The notes under the pieces were generated by a model. That model ran no database searches and was not told the DNA's origin. It saw nothing but the letters and a program-made list of their open reading frames with translations. From positions 310,001-374,000 of the forward strand of contig JASTWF010000357.1 of the NCBI GenBank assembly GCA_030390025.1: a DNA stretch of 64,000 nt. Direction: 5' to 3'. Within the stretch, counting starts at the first letter, position 1. Each line of letters starts with the position of its first letter. A program made the translations under genes and the position numbers. Shown here piece by piece: positions 29,858 to 44,995 of this stretch. The DNA comes from Squalus acanthias (taxonomy: Eukaryota).

Positions 29858-31040
29858 AAAGGCCTTCGATAAGGTCCCACATAAAAGATTAGCAGGGAAA
29901 ATTGAAGCTCATGGGATAAAGGGGAAAGTATTGACGTGGATAGAGAACTGGCTGTCAGATAGAAAACAGAGAGTTGGAATAAACGGCTCATTTTCTGAAA
30001 GGCTGGCAGTAACAAGTGGGGTACCACAGGGATCTGTCCTGGGTCCCCAGCTGTTCACAATTTACATTAATGACCTGGATCAGGGAGTCGGATGCAGCAT
30101 TTCCAAATTTGCAGACGACACTAAACTAGGAGGAGGGGTGGGCTCAGAGGAGGAGACCAGGAAGCTCCAGAGCGATTTGGACAGACTGGGTGATTGGGCG
30201 GATAAATGGCAGATGCACTATAATGTGGACAAGTGCGAAGTTATCCACCTTGGGTGCAGGAACGGGAGGGCAAATTATTATTTAAATGGCAATAAATTGG
30301 GAGAGGGGGAAGTACAGAGAGACCTGGGTGTTCTTGTACACCAGTCACTGAAGGCGAGCATGCAGGTGCAACAGGCGATCAAGAAGGCAAACGGTATGCT
30401 GGCCTTCATAGCAAAAGGGTTGGAATACAGGAACAGGGATACCTTGCTGCAGCTGTACAGGGCACTGGTGAGACCACAGCTCGAGTACTGTGTACAGTTT
30501 TGGTCGCCTCATCTGAGGAAAGATGTTCTTGCCATGGAGGGGGTGCAGCGGCGATTCACCAGGCTGATACCAGGAATGGCGGGATTGACCTATGAGGAGA
30601 GACTATGTAGTTTAGGGATGTACACACTGGAGTTTAGAAGATTGAGAGGGGACCTCATAGAAGTGTATAAAATTCTGACAGGTCTAGACAGACTAGATGC
30701 AGAAGGAATGTTTCCCTTGGCGGGTGAGAACAGAACTAGAGGACATAATTTAAGGATAAGGGCTAAACCATTTAGGACAGAAATGAGGGGGAATTTCTTC
30801 ACTCAGAGGGTGGTGAACCTGTGGAACTCATTGCCACAGAGGGCAGTGTACGCCAGCTCATTAAATATATTTAGGAGGGAATTAGATATATTTCTACAGG
30901 CAAAAGGGGTTAAGGGTTTCGGAGAGAAGGCGGGGACGGGAAACTGAATTGGAGGATCAGCCATGATCTCATTAAATGGCGGAGCAGGCTCGAAGGGCCG
31001 GATGGCCTACTCCTGCTCCTATCTTCTATGCATCTATGTA
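29857..31040 (+). mobile_element. CR1-clade LINE, 5'-truncated (RT C-terminal half plus 3' UTR)
   Basis: Open frame with GVPQGSVLGP, FADD and CVQFWSP (ORF 29931-30947), a short 3' UTR and a TCTATGCA/TCTATGTA octamer tail. Inserted in the satellite with a possible TAACA duplication or microhomology. Confidence 0.97.
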
Positions 31041-34000
31041 ACATTACTGGTGTTGACTCTACTCTAACATTACTGGTGGTGACACTACTCTAACAACACT
31101 GGTGATGTCTCAACTCTAACATTACTGGTGGTGAGTCTACTCTAACATTAATGATGGCGACGCTACTGTAACATTACAGGTGTTGACCCGACTCTAACAT
31201 TACTGGTGATGACCCTACTCTAACATTACTGGTGGTGACTCTACTCTAACATTCCTGGTGGTGACCCGACTCTAACATTATTGGTAGTGACTCTACTCTA
31301 ACATTGCTGGTGGTGACCCTACTCTAACATTACTGGTGGTGACTCTACACTAACATTGCTGGTGGTGACTCAACTCTAACATTACAGGTGGTGACCCTAC
31401 TCTAACATTACTGATGGTGACTCTACTCTGACATTACTCTTGGTGTCTCAACTCTAAAATTACTGGTGGTGACTCTACTCTAACATTACTGGTGGTGACC
31501 CTTCTCTAACATTACTGGTGATGAGCCTACTCTATCTTTACAGGTGGTGACTCTACTCTAACATTACTGGTGGTGTCTCAACTCTAACATTACTGGTGGT
31601 GACTCTACTCTAACATTACTGGTGGTGACCCTTCTCTAACATTACTGGTGATGACCCTACTCTATCATTACAGGTGGTGACTCTACTCTAACATTATTGG
31701 TGGTGTCTCAACTCTAACATTACTGGTGGTGACTCTTTTCTAACATTACTGGTGGTGACTCTACTCGAACATTACTGGTGGTGTCTCAATTCTAACATTA
31801 CTGGTGGTGACTCTACTCTAACATTACTGGTGATGACTCTACTCTAACAATAATGGGGATGACTCTACTCTAACATTACTGGTGGTGACTCTACTCTAAC
31901 ATTACTGGTGGTGTCTCAACTCGAACATTACTGGTGGTGACTCAATTCTAACATTACAGGTGGTGACACTACTCTAACAATACTGGTGGTGTCTCAACTC
32001 TAACATTACTGGTGGTGAGTCTACTGTAACATTACTGGTAGTGACCCTACTCTAACATTACTGGTGGTGACTTTACTCTAACTTTACTGGTGGTGACACT
32101 ACTCTAACAATACTGGTGGTGACACTACTGTAACATTACTGGTGGTGACACTACTCTAACAATACTGGTGGTGTCTCAACTCTAACATTACTGGTGGTGA
32201 CTCAACTCTAACATTACTGTAGGTGACACTACTCTAACAATACTGGTGGTGTCACAACTCTAACATTACTGGTGGTGACTCGACTCTAACATTACTGGTG
32301 GTGACTCTACTCTAACATTACTGGTGGTGTCTCAATTCTAACATTACTGGTGGTGTCTCTACTCTAACATTACTGGTGATGACTCTACTCTAACATTAAT
32401 GGGGATGACTCTACTCTAACATTACTGGTGGTGACTCTACTCTAACATTACTGGTGATGACTCTACTCTAACATTAATGGGGATGACACTACTCTAACAA
32501 TACTGGTGGTGTCACAACTCTAACATTACTGGTGGTGACTCGACTCTAACATTACTGGTGGTGACTCTACTCTAACATTACTGGTGGTGTCTCAACTCTA
32601 ACATTACTGGTGGTGACTCTACTCTAACATAACTGATGGTGACTCTACTCTAACATTACTGGTGATGACCCTTCTCTAGCATTACTGGTGGTGAATCTAC
32701 TCTAACATTACTGGTGGTGACTCAACTCTAACATTACAGGTGGTGACCCTACTCTAACATTGCTGATGGTGACTCTACTCTGACATTACTTTTGGTGTCT
32801 CAACTCTAAAATTACTGGTGGTGACTCTACTCTAACATTACTGGTGGTGACCCTTCTCTAACATTACTGGTGATGACCCTGCTCTATCATTACAGGTGGT
32901 GACTCTACTCTAACATTACTGGTGATGACTCTACTCTAACATTACTGGTGGTGACTCTATTCTAACATTACTGGTGGTGTCTCAACTCTAACATTACTGG
33001 TGGTGACCCTACACTGACATTACTGGTGGTGTATTAATTCTAACATTACAGGTGGTGACTCTACTCTAACATAACTGATGTTGATTCTACTGTAACATTA
33101 CTGGTGATGACCCTACTCTAACATTACTGGTGGTGACTCTACTCTAACATTACTGGTGGTGACACTACTCGAACAATACTGGTGGTGTCTCAACTCTAAC
33201 ATTACTGGTGGTGACACCACTCTAACATTACTGATGGTGACTCTACTCTAACATTTCAGGTGGTGACCCTACTCTATCATTACTGATGGTGACTCTACTC
33301 TGACATTGCTGGTGGTGTCTCAACTCTAACATTACTGGTGGTGACTCTACTCTAACATTACTGGTGGTGACCCTTCTCTAACTTTACTGGTGATGACCCT
33401 ACTCTATCATTACAGGTGGTGACTCTACTCTAACATTACTGGTGGTGTCTCAACTCTAACATTACTGGTGGTGACTCTTTTCTAACATTACTGGTGGTGA
33501 CTCTACTCTAACATTACTGGTGGTGTCTCAATTCTAACATTACTGGTGGTGACTCTACTCTAACATTACTGGTGATGACTCTACTCTAACATTAATGGGG
33601 ATGACTCTACTCTAACATTACTGGTGGTGACTCTACTCTAACATTACTGGTGGTGTCTCAACTCGAACATTACTGGTGGTGACTCAATTCTAACATTACA
33701 GGTGGTGACTCTACTCTAAAATTACTGATGGTGATTCTACTCTAACATAACTGATGGTGACTCTACTCTTACATTACTGGTGATGACACTTCTCTAGCAT
33801 TACTGGTGGTGAATCTACTCTAACATTACTGGTGGTGACTCAACTCTAACATTACAGGTGGTGACCCTACTCTAACATTACTGATGGTGACTCTACTCTG
33901 ACATTACTCTTGGTGTCTCAACTCTAAAATTACTGGTGGTGACTCTACTCTAACATTACTGGTGGTGACCCTTCTCTAACATTACTGGTGATGACCCTAC

Positions 34001-37000
34001 TCTATCATTACAGGTGGTGACTCTACTCTAACATTACTGGTGGTGTCTCAACTCTAACATTACTGGTGGTGACTCTACTCTAACATTACTGGTGGTGACC
34101 CTTCTCTAACATTACTGGTGATGACCCTACTCTATCATTACAGGTGGTGACTCTACTCTAACATTACTGGTGGTGTCTCAACTCTAACATTACTGGTGGT
34201 GACTCTTTTCTAACATTACTGGTGGTGACTCTACTCTAACATTACTGGTGGTGTCTCAATTCTAACATTACTGGTGGTGACTCTACTCTAACATTACTGG
34301 TGATGACTCTACTCTAACATTACTGGGGATGACTCTACTCTAACATTACTGGTGGTGACTCTACTCTAACATTACTGGTGGTGACTCAACTCGAACATTA
34401 CTGTGGTGACTCTACTCTAACATTACTGGTGGTGACTCTACTCTAACATTACTGGTGGTGACTCTACTCTAACATTACTGGTGGTGACTCTACTCTAACA
34501 TTACTGGTGGTGACTCTACTCTAACATTACTGGTGGTGAATCTACTCTAACATTACTGGTGGTGACTCAACTCTAACATTACAGGTGGTGACCCTACACT
34601 AACATTACTGATGGTGACTCTACTCTGACATTACTCTTGGTGTCTCAACTCTAAAATTACTGGTGGTGACTCTACTCTAACATTACTGGTGGTGACCCTT
34701 CTCTAACATTACTGGTGATGACCCTACTCTATCATTACAGGTGGTGACTCTTCTCTAACATTACTGGTGGTGTCTCAACTCTAACATTACTGGTGGTGAC
34801 TCTATTCTAACATTACTGGTGGTGTCTCAACTCTAACATTACTGGTGGTGACTCTACTCTAACATTACTGGTGATGACTCTACTCTAACATTACTGGTGG
34901 TGACTCTACTCTAACATTACTGGTGGTGTCTCAATTCTAACATTACTGGTGGTGACCCTACACTGACATTACTGGTGGTGTCTTAATTCTAACATTACAG
35001 GTGGTGACTCTACTCTAACATAACTGATGTTGATTCTACTGTAACATTACTGGTGATGACCCTACTCTAACATTACTGGTGGTGACTCTACTCTAACATT
35101 ACTGGTGGTGGCACTACTCGAAGAATACTGGTGGTGTCTCAACTCCAACATTACTGGTGGTGACACTACTCTAACATTACTGGTGGTGACTCTACTCTAA
35201 CATTACTGATGGTGACCCTGGTCGAACATTACTGGTCGTGAACCTAGTCTAGTATTACTGCTGGTGATCCTACTGTAGCGTTACTGGTGGTTTTTCAACT
35301 CTAACATTTATGATGGCGATGCTACTGTATCATTACAGGTGGTGACCCGACTCTAACATTACTGGTGGTGACTCTACACTAACATTACTGGTGTTCACTC
35401 TACTCTAACATAACTGGTGGTGACACTACTCTAACAATACTGGTGGTGTCTCAACTCTAACATTACTGGTGGTGAGTCTACTGTAACATTACTGGTAGTG
35501 ACCCTACTCTAACATTACGGGTGGTGACTTTACTCTAACTTTACTGGTGGTGACACTACTCTAACAATACTGGTGGTGACACTACTCTAACATTACTGGT
35601 GGTGACACTACTCTAACAATACTGGTGGTGTCTCAACTCTAACATTACTGGTGGTGACTCAACTCTAACATTACTGTAGGTGACACTACTCTAACAATAC
35701 TGGTGGTGTCACAACTCTAACATTACTGGTGGTGACTCGACTCTTACATTACTGGTGGTGACTCTACTTTAACATTACTGGTGGTGACTCTACTCTAACA
35801 TTACTGGTGGTGGCACTACTCGAAGAATACTGGTGGTGTCTCAACTCTAACATTACTGGTGGTGACACTACTCTAACATTACTGGTGGTGACTCTACTCT
35901 AACATTAGTGATGGTGACCCTGGTCGAACATTACTGGTCGTGAACCTAGTCTAGTATTACTGCTGGTGATCCTACTGTAGCGTTACTGGTGGTTTTTCAA
36001 CTCTAACATTAATGATGGCGATGCTACTGTATCATTACAGGTGGTGACCCGACTCTAACATTACTGGTGGTGACTCTACTCTAACATTACTGGTGTTCAC
36101 TCTACTCTAACATAACTGGTGGTGACACTACTCTAACAATACTGGTGGTGTCTCAACTCTAACATTACTGGTGGTGAGTCTACTGTAACATTACTGGTAG
36201 TGACCCTACTCTAACATTACGGGTGGTGACTTTACTCTAACTTTACTGGTGGTGACACTACTCTAACAATACTGGTGGTGACACTACTCTAACATTACTG
36301 GTGGTGACACTACTCTAACAATACTGGTGGTGTCTCAACTCTAACATTACTGGTGGTGACTCTACTCTAACATTACTGGTGGTGACTCTACTCTAACATT
36401 ACTGGTGATGACCCTACTCTATCATTACAGGTGGTGACTCTACTCTAACATTACTGGTGGTGTCTCAACTCTAACATTACTGGTGGTGACTCTTTTCTAA
36501 CATTACTGGTGGTGACTCTACTCTAACATTACTGGTGGTGTCTCAATTCTAACATTACTGGTGGTGACTCTACTCTAACATTACTGGTGGTGTCTCAATT
36601 CTAACATTACTGGTGGTGACTCTACTCTAACATTACTGGTGATGACTCTACTCTAACATTAATGGGGATGACTCTACTCTAACATTACTGGTGGTGACTC
36701 TACTCTAACATTACTGGTGGTGACTCAATTCTAACATTACAGGTGGTGACTCTGCTCTAACATTACTGATGGTGATTCTACTCTAACATAACTGATGGTG
36801 ACTCTACTCTAACATTACTGGTGATGACACTTCTCTAGCATTACTGGTGGTGAATCTACTCTAACATTACTGGTAGTGACTCAACTCTAACATTACAGGT
36901 GGTGACCCTACTCTAACATTACTGATGGTGACTCTACTCTGACATTACTCTTAGTGTCTCAACTCTAAAATTACTGGTGGTGACTCTACTCTAACATTAC

Positions 37001-40000
37001 TGGTGGTGACCCTTCTCTAACATTACTGGTGATGACCCTACTCTATCATTACAGGTGGTGACTCTACTCTAACATTACTAGTGGTGTCTCAACTCTAACA
37101 TTACTGGTGGTGACTCTACTCTAACATTACTGGTGGTGACCCTTCTCTAACATTACTGGTGATGACCCTACTCTATCATTACAGGTGGTGACTCTACTCT
37201 AACATTACTGGTGGTGTCTCAACTCTATCATTACTGGTGGTGACTCTTTTCTAACATTACTGGTGGTGACTCTACTCTAACATTACTGGTGGTGTCTCAA
37301 TTCTAACATTACTGGTGGTGACTCTACTCTAACATTACTGGTGATGACTCTACTCTAACATTAATGGGGATGACTCTACTCTAACATTACTGGTGGTGAC
37401 TCTACTCTAACATTACTGGTGGTGTCTCAACTCGAACATTACTGGTGGTGACTCAATTCTAACATTACAGGTGGTGACTCTACTCTAACATTACTGATGG
37501 TGATTCTACTCTAACATAACTGATGGTGACTCTACTCTAACATTACTGGTGATGACACTTCTCTAGCATTACTGGTGGTGAATCTACTCTAACATTACTG
37601 GTGGTGACTCAACTCTAACATTACAGGTGGTGACCCTACTCTAACATTACTGATGGTGACTCTACTCTGACATTACTCTTGGTGTCTCAACTCTAAAATT
37701 ACTGGTGGTGACTCTACTCTAACATTACTGGTGGTGACCCTTCTCTAACATTACTGGTGATGACCCTACTCTATCATTACAGGTGGTGACTCTACTCTAA
37801 CATTACTGGTGGTGTCTCAACTCTAACATTACTGGTGGTGACTCTATTCTAACATTACTGGTGGTGTCTCAACTCTAACATTACTGGTGGTGACTCTACT
37901 CTAACATTACTGGTGATGACTCTACTCTAACATTACTGGTGGTGACTCTACTCTAACATTACTGGTGGTGTCTCAATTCTAACATTACTGGTGGTGACCC
38001 TACACTGACATTACTGGTGGTGTCTTAATTCTAACATTACAGGTGGTGACTCTACTCTAACATAACTGATGTTGATTCTACTGTAACATTACTGGTGATG
38101 ACCCTACTCTAACATTACTGGTGGTGACTCTACTCTAACATTACTGGTGGTGGCACTACTCGAAGAATACTGGTGGTGTCTCAACTCTAACATTACTGGT
38201 GGTGACACTACTCTAACATTACTGGTGGTGACTCTACTCTAACATTACTGATGGTGACCCTGGTCGAACATTACTGGTCGTGAACCTAGTCTAGTATTAC
38301 TGATGGTGATCCTACTGTAGCGTTACTGGTGGTTTTTCAACTCTAACATTAATGATGGCGATGCTACTGTATCATTACAGGTGGTGACCCGACTCTAACA
38401 TTACTGGTGGTGACTCTACTCTAACATTACTTGTGTTGACTCTACTCTAACATAACTGGTGGTGACACTACTCTAACAATACTGGTGGTGTCTCAACTCT
38501 AACATTACTTGTGGTGAGTCTACTGTAACATTACTGGTAGTGACCCTACTCTAACATTACTGGTGGTGACTTTACTCTAACTTTACTGGTGGTGACACTA
38601 CTCTAACAATACTGGTGGTGACACTACTCTAACATTACTGGTGGTGACACTACTCTAACAATACTGGTGGTGTCTCAACTCTAACATTACTGGTGGTGAC
38701 TCAACTCTAACATTACTGTAGGTGACACTACTCTAACAATACTGGTGGTGTCACAACTCTAACATTACTGGTGGTGACTCGACTCTAACATTACTGGTGG
38801 TGACTCTACTTTAACATTACTGGTGGTGACTCTACTCTAACATTACTGTAGGTGACATTACGCTAACAATACTGGTGGTGTCTCAACTCTAACATTACTG
38901 GTGGTGACTCTACTCTAACATTACTGGTGGTGACTCTACTCTAACATTACTGTAGGTGACCCTACTCTAACATTACTGGTGGTGTCTCAACTCTAACATT
39001 ACTGGTGGTGACCCGACTCTAACATTACTGGTGGTTTCTCAATTCTAACATTACTGTTGTGACCCGACTCTAACATTACTGGTGGTGTCTCAACTCTAAC
39101 ATTACTGCTGGTGTCTCAACTCTAACATTACTGGTGGTGACTGTACTCTAACATTACTGGTGGTGACCTTTTATAACATTACTGGAGATGACCCTACTCT
39201 ATCATTATAGGTGGTGATTCTACTCTAACATTACTGGTGGTGTCTCAATTCTAACATTACTGGTGGTGACTCTACTCTAACATTACTGGTGTTGTCTCAA
39301 CTCTAACATTACTGGTGGTGACTCTACTCTAACATTCCTGGTGATGACTCTACTCTAACATTACTGGTGGTGACTGTACTCTAACATTACTGGTGGTATC
39401 TCAATTCTAACATTACTGGTGGTGACCCTACATTGACATTACTGGTGGTGTCTTAATTCTAACTTTACAGCTGGTGACCCTACTCTAACATAACTGATGG
39501 TGATTCTACTGTAACATTACTGGTGATGACCCTACGCTAACATTACTGTTGGTGACTCTACTCTAACATTACTGGTGGTGACACTACTCTAACAATACTG
39601 GTGGTGTCTCAACTCTAACATTACTGGTGGTGACTCTACTCTAACATTACTGGTGTTGACTCTACTTTAACATTACTGGTGGTGACTCTACTCTAACATT
39701 ACTGGTGGTGACTCTACTCCAACATTACTGTAGGTGACATTACTCTAACAATACTGGTGGTGTCTCAACTCTAACATTACTGGTGGTGACTCTACTCTAA
39801 CATTACTGGTGGTGACTCTACTCTAACATTACTGTAGGTAACCCTACTCTAACATTACTGGTGGTGTCTCAACTCTAACATTACTGGTGGTGACCCGACT
39901 CTAACATTACTGGTGGTTTCTCAATTCTAACATTACTGGTGGTGACCCTACTCTAACATTACTGGTGGTGTCTCAACTCTAACATTACTGCTGGTGTCTC

Positions 40001-43000
40001 AACTCTAACATTACTGGTGGTGACTCTACTCTAACATTACTGGTGGTGACCCTTCTCTAACATTACTGGAGATGACCCTACTCTATCATTACAGGTGGTG
40101 ACTCTACTTTAACATTACTGGTGGTGTCTCAATTCTAACATTACTGGTGGTATCTCAATTCTAACATTACTGGTGGTGACCCTACACTGACATTACTGGT
40201 GGTGTCTTAATTCTAACATTACAGCTGGTGATCCTACTCTAACATAACTGATGGTGATTCTACTGTAACATTACTGGTGATGACCCTACGCTAACATTAC
40301 TGTTGGTGACTCTACTCTAACATTACTGGTGGTGACACTACTCGAACATTACTAGTGGTGACTCTACTCTAACATTACTGATGGTGACCCTGGTCGTACA
40401 TTACTGGTGGTGAACCTAGTCTAGCATTACTGATGGTGATCCTACTGTAGCATTACTGGTGGTTTTTCAACTCTGACATTAATGATGTCGATGCTACTGT
40501 AACATTACAGGTGGTGACCCGACTCTAACATTACTGTTGGTGACTCTTCTCTAACATTACTGGTGTTGACTCTACTCTAACATTACTGGTGGTGACTCTA
40601 CTCTAACATTACTGGTGCTGACACTTCTCTCACAATAATGGTGGTGTCTCAACTCCATCATTACTGGTGGTGACTCTATTCTAACTTTACTGGTGATGAC
40701 TCTACTCTAACATTACTGGTGGTGACATTACTCTAACATTACTGGTGATGACACTACTCTAACATTACTGTAGGTGATCCTACTCTAACATAACCGGTGC
40801 TGTCTCAACTCTAACATTACTGGTGGTGACCCTACTCTAACATTACTGGTGGGGTCTCAAATCTAACATTACTGGTGGTGACTCTACTCTAATATTACTG
40901 TAGGTGACACTACTCTAACAATACTGGTGGTGTCTCAACTCTAACATTACTGGTGGTGAATCTACTCTAACAAAACTGGTGGTGTCTCAACTCTAACATA
41001 ACTGGTGGTGTCTCGACTGCAATATTACTGGTGATGACGCTAGTCTAACATTACTGGTGACGACCCCACTCTTTCATTGCCGATGTTGACCCTACTCTAA
41101 CATTACAGGAGATATCACTATGCTAACATTAATGAAGTTGATCGTACTCTCAGTGTACATGTCATTATACAAGGCTAACATTGCCGTTAGTGATCCTACT
41201 CCTACATTACAAGCGGTGAAACTACTTTAAAATTAATCGTGATATCCCAACTCTAAACTTACTGGTGTTGAGCGTACTATAACATTACTGTTGCTGACCT
41301 TACTCTAAAGTTTCTCCTTGTGAAACTAATCTAACACTACTGATGGTGACCATTCTTCAACATAACTGTTGGTGACCGTGATTTAACATTACCTTTGGTT
41401 ACTCTACTCTGACATAACTGATTGTGACCCGACTCCATCAATGCTGTTGGTGATCCTACTCTAACATTATTGGTTGTGAATCTACTCCAACATTAATGGT
41501 GGTGACTCCACTCTAACATTACTGGTACTCACTGCACTCTATCATTACTGGTTGTGACTCTGCTCCAACATTACTGGTGGTGACCCTACTCTAACAATAC
41601 TGGTGGTGACTCTACTCTAACATTACTGGTGGTGAATCTACTCTAACAATACTGGTCGTGAACCAACTGTAACATTACTGGTGGAGAACCTGCTGTAACA
41701 ATACTGGTTGTGTCTCAACTCTAACATTACAGGTGGTGTCTCAACTGTAACATTACTGGTGGTGACACTACTCTTTCATTACTGGTGGTGTCTCAACTCT
41801 AACATTACTGGTGGTGACGCAACAGTAACATTACTGGTGGTGGCACTACTTTAACAATACTGGTGGTGTCTCAACTCTAACATTACTGGTGGTGACTCTA
41901 CTCTAACATTACTGGTGGTGACTCTACTCTAACATTACTGGTTGTGACCCTACTCTAACATTACTGGTGGTGTCTCAATTCTAACATTACTGGTGGTGTC
42001 TCTACTCTAACATTACTGGTGGTGACCCGACTCGAACATTATTGGTGGTGACCCTACACTAACATTACTGGTGGTGTCTCAATTCTAACATTACAGGTGG
42101 TGACTCTACTCTAACATTACTGATGGTGATTCTACTCTAACATTACTGGTGGTGACTCTACTCTAACATTACTGGTAGTGACTCTACTCTAACATTACTG
42201 GTGATGACCCTACTCTAACATTGCTGGTGTTGACTCTACACTAACATTACTGGTGGTGACACTGCTCTAACAATACTGGTGGTGTCTCAACTCTAACATT
42301 ACTGGTGGTGACTCTACTCTAACATTACTGGTGGTGACTCTACTCTAACATTACTGGTGGTGATTCTACTCTAACATTAATGGTGGTGTCTCAATTCTAA
42401 CATTACAGTTGGTGACTCTACTCTAACATAACTGATGGTGATTCTACTGTAACATTACTGGTGGTGACTCTACTCTAACATTACTGGTGGTGTCTCAACT
42501 CTAACATTACTGGTGCTGACCCTGGTCAAACATTACTGGTGGTGAACCTAGTCTAGCATTGCTGATGGTGATCCTACTCTAACATTACTGATGGTTTTTC
42601 AACTCTAACATTAATGATGGCGATGCTACTGTAACATAACTGGTGGTGACCCTACTCTATCGTTACTGGTGTTGAAACTACTCTAACACTACTGTTGTTG
42701 AACTGGTCGAACATTACTGGTGGTGAACCGACGCTAACATTACTGGTGGTGACACTACTCTGTCATTATTGGTGGTGCTCCTACACTAACATCACTGGTA
42801 GTGACTCTTCTCTAACATTACTGACTTTGACACGGTGATTACATTAATGCTGTTGACTCTACGCGAACATTACTGGTGGTGACCATACTCTAACATAACT
42901 GGTGGTGTCTCGACTGCAACATTACTGGTGATGACGCTAGTCTAACATTACTGGTGACGACCCCAGTCTTTCATTGCCGGTGTTGACCCTACTCTAACAT

Positions 43001-44676
43001 TACAGGAGATAACACTATGCTAACATTAATGAAGTTGATCGTACTCTCAGTGTACATGTCATTACACAAGGCTAACATTGTCGGTAGTGATCCTACTCCT
43101 ACATTACAAGCGGTGAACCTACTTTAAAATTAATCGTGATATCCCAACTCTAAACTTACTGGTGTTGATCGTACTTTAACATTACTGTTGTTGACCTTAC
43201 TCTAAAGTTTCTCCTTGTGAAACTAATCTGACACTACTGATGGTGACCATTCTTCAACATTACTGTTCGACGTGATTTTACATTACCTTTGGTTACCCTA
43301 CTCTGACATAACTGATTGTGACCCTACTCTATCATTGCTGTTGGTGACCCTACTCTTACATTATTGGTTGTGAATCTACTCCAACATTACTGGTGGTGTC
43401 TCAACTCTAACATTACTGGTTGTGACTCTACTCCAACATTACTGGTGGTGACCCTTCTCTAACATTACTGGTGGTGACCCTACTCTAACATTACTGGTGG
43501 TGACTCTACTCTAACATTACTGGTGGTGACCCTACTCTAACATTACTGGTGGTGACTCTACTCTAACATTACTGGTGGTGACCCTACTCTAAGATGACTG
43601 GTGGTGACCCTAACCTAACTTAACTGGTGATGAAACTACTCTATCATTAATGCTGGTGACCCTACTCTAACTTGACCCTACTGTAATATTATTGGCGGTA
43701 ATCCTACTCTAACATTACTGGTAATGACACTACTCTAACGTTGCTGGTGGCGAAACTATCTATCATTACTTGTAGTGTCCCTGGTTTAACATTTCTCATG
43801 CTGACCCTACTCTAGCAAAACTGACTGTGACCCTACTCTAATATTCCTAGTGGTGACCCTACTCTGACATTACTGGTGGTGACTCTATGATTACTTTACT
43901 GATGGTGATCCTACTGTAACATTTATGGTGGTGATCCTTCTGTAACATTACTGGTGATGCCCCACTCTAACATTTCTGGTGACTTACTTTACTCTAACAT
44001 TACTCCTGGTGACTGTACTCTAACATTACAGATGGTGACACTATTCGAACATTATTGGTGTTAACTCTATTCTAACATTACTGGTGTTAACCCTGCTCTA
44101 ACATAACAGGTGGTGACCCTACTCTATCGTTACTGGTGTTGAAACTACTCTAACATTACTGTTGGTGAACCTGGTCGAACATTACTGGTCGTGAACCTAG
44201 ACGAGCATTACTGATGGTGACCCTACTCTACCGTTTCTGATGGTGACCGTTCTCCAACATTACTGGTGGTGATCGTGATTTAGCATTACTGTTGGTGAAC
44301 CTAATCGGACAAAACTTATTGTGATCCTACTCTCGTTGCTGTTGGTGACGCTACTTCAACATTATTGGGGGTGAAACTCGTCCAACATTAATGGTGTTAA
44401 CCCCACTCTAATATTACTGGTGTTGACCCAACTCTAACATTACTGATGGTGTTCCCAGTCTATCATTACTGGTGGTGACCCTACTCTATCAGTACTCTGG
44501 AGACCCTACTCTAATATTACTGGTGGTGTCTCTACTCTAATATTACTGTTGATGACTCCACTCTAACATTACTGGTGGTGACCCTTCTCTAATATTACTG
44601 ATGGTAATCCTACTGTAATATTATTGTTGGTGATCGTACTCTAACATTACTGGTGGTGACTCTACTCCAACATTAC
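31041..44676 (+). repeat. 26-bp satellite, right arm
   Basis: Same 26-bp unit with a different set of variants. Increasingly degenerate after ~41000. Confidence 0.98.
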
Positions 44677-44995
44677 CGGGGTCGGGTGGGTTGGGGCCGG
44701 GGTCGGGTGGGGTCGGGTGTGGTCGTGTCGGGTGGGGCCGGGGCCGGTGGCGGGTCGGGTGGGGCCGGGATCGGTGGCGGGTTGAGTGGGGTCGGGGGCG
44801 GGTCTGGTGGGGTCGGGGGCGGGTCGGGTGGGGCCGGGGTCGGTGGTGGGTCGGTGGCGGGTCGGGTGGGGTCGGGTCGGGTGAGGCCGGGGTCGGGTGG
44901 TGTCGGGTTCGGGTCGGGTGGGGTCGGTGCTGGGTCGGTGGAGGGTCGGTGGCGGGCCGGATCGGGTGGGTCCGGGGTCGGGTGGGGTCGGGTGT
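44677..44995 (+). repeat. G-rich (GGGTC/GGGT)n repeat with G-quadruplex potential
   Basis: Many GGG/GGGG runs; related copies at 53487 and 63865. Confidence 0.9.

Noticed and set aside
2005..44676. CRISPR array
   Set aside because: The units are contiguous 26-mers with no unique spacers, there are no cas genes, and the context is vertebrate.
2005..44676. Repetitive protein gene (mucin or antifreeze type)
   Set aside because: The unit length is not a multiple of 3, and TAA/TGA (plus) and TAA/TAG (minus) close every frame within a few units.
2005..44676. Chi-like (CTGGTGG) and telomere-like (TTAGAG) motifs in the monomer
   Set aside because: Short imperfect matches. Chi has no established role in vertebrates and there is no TTAGGG tract.
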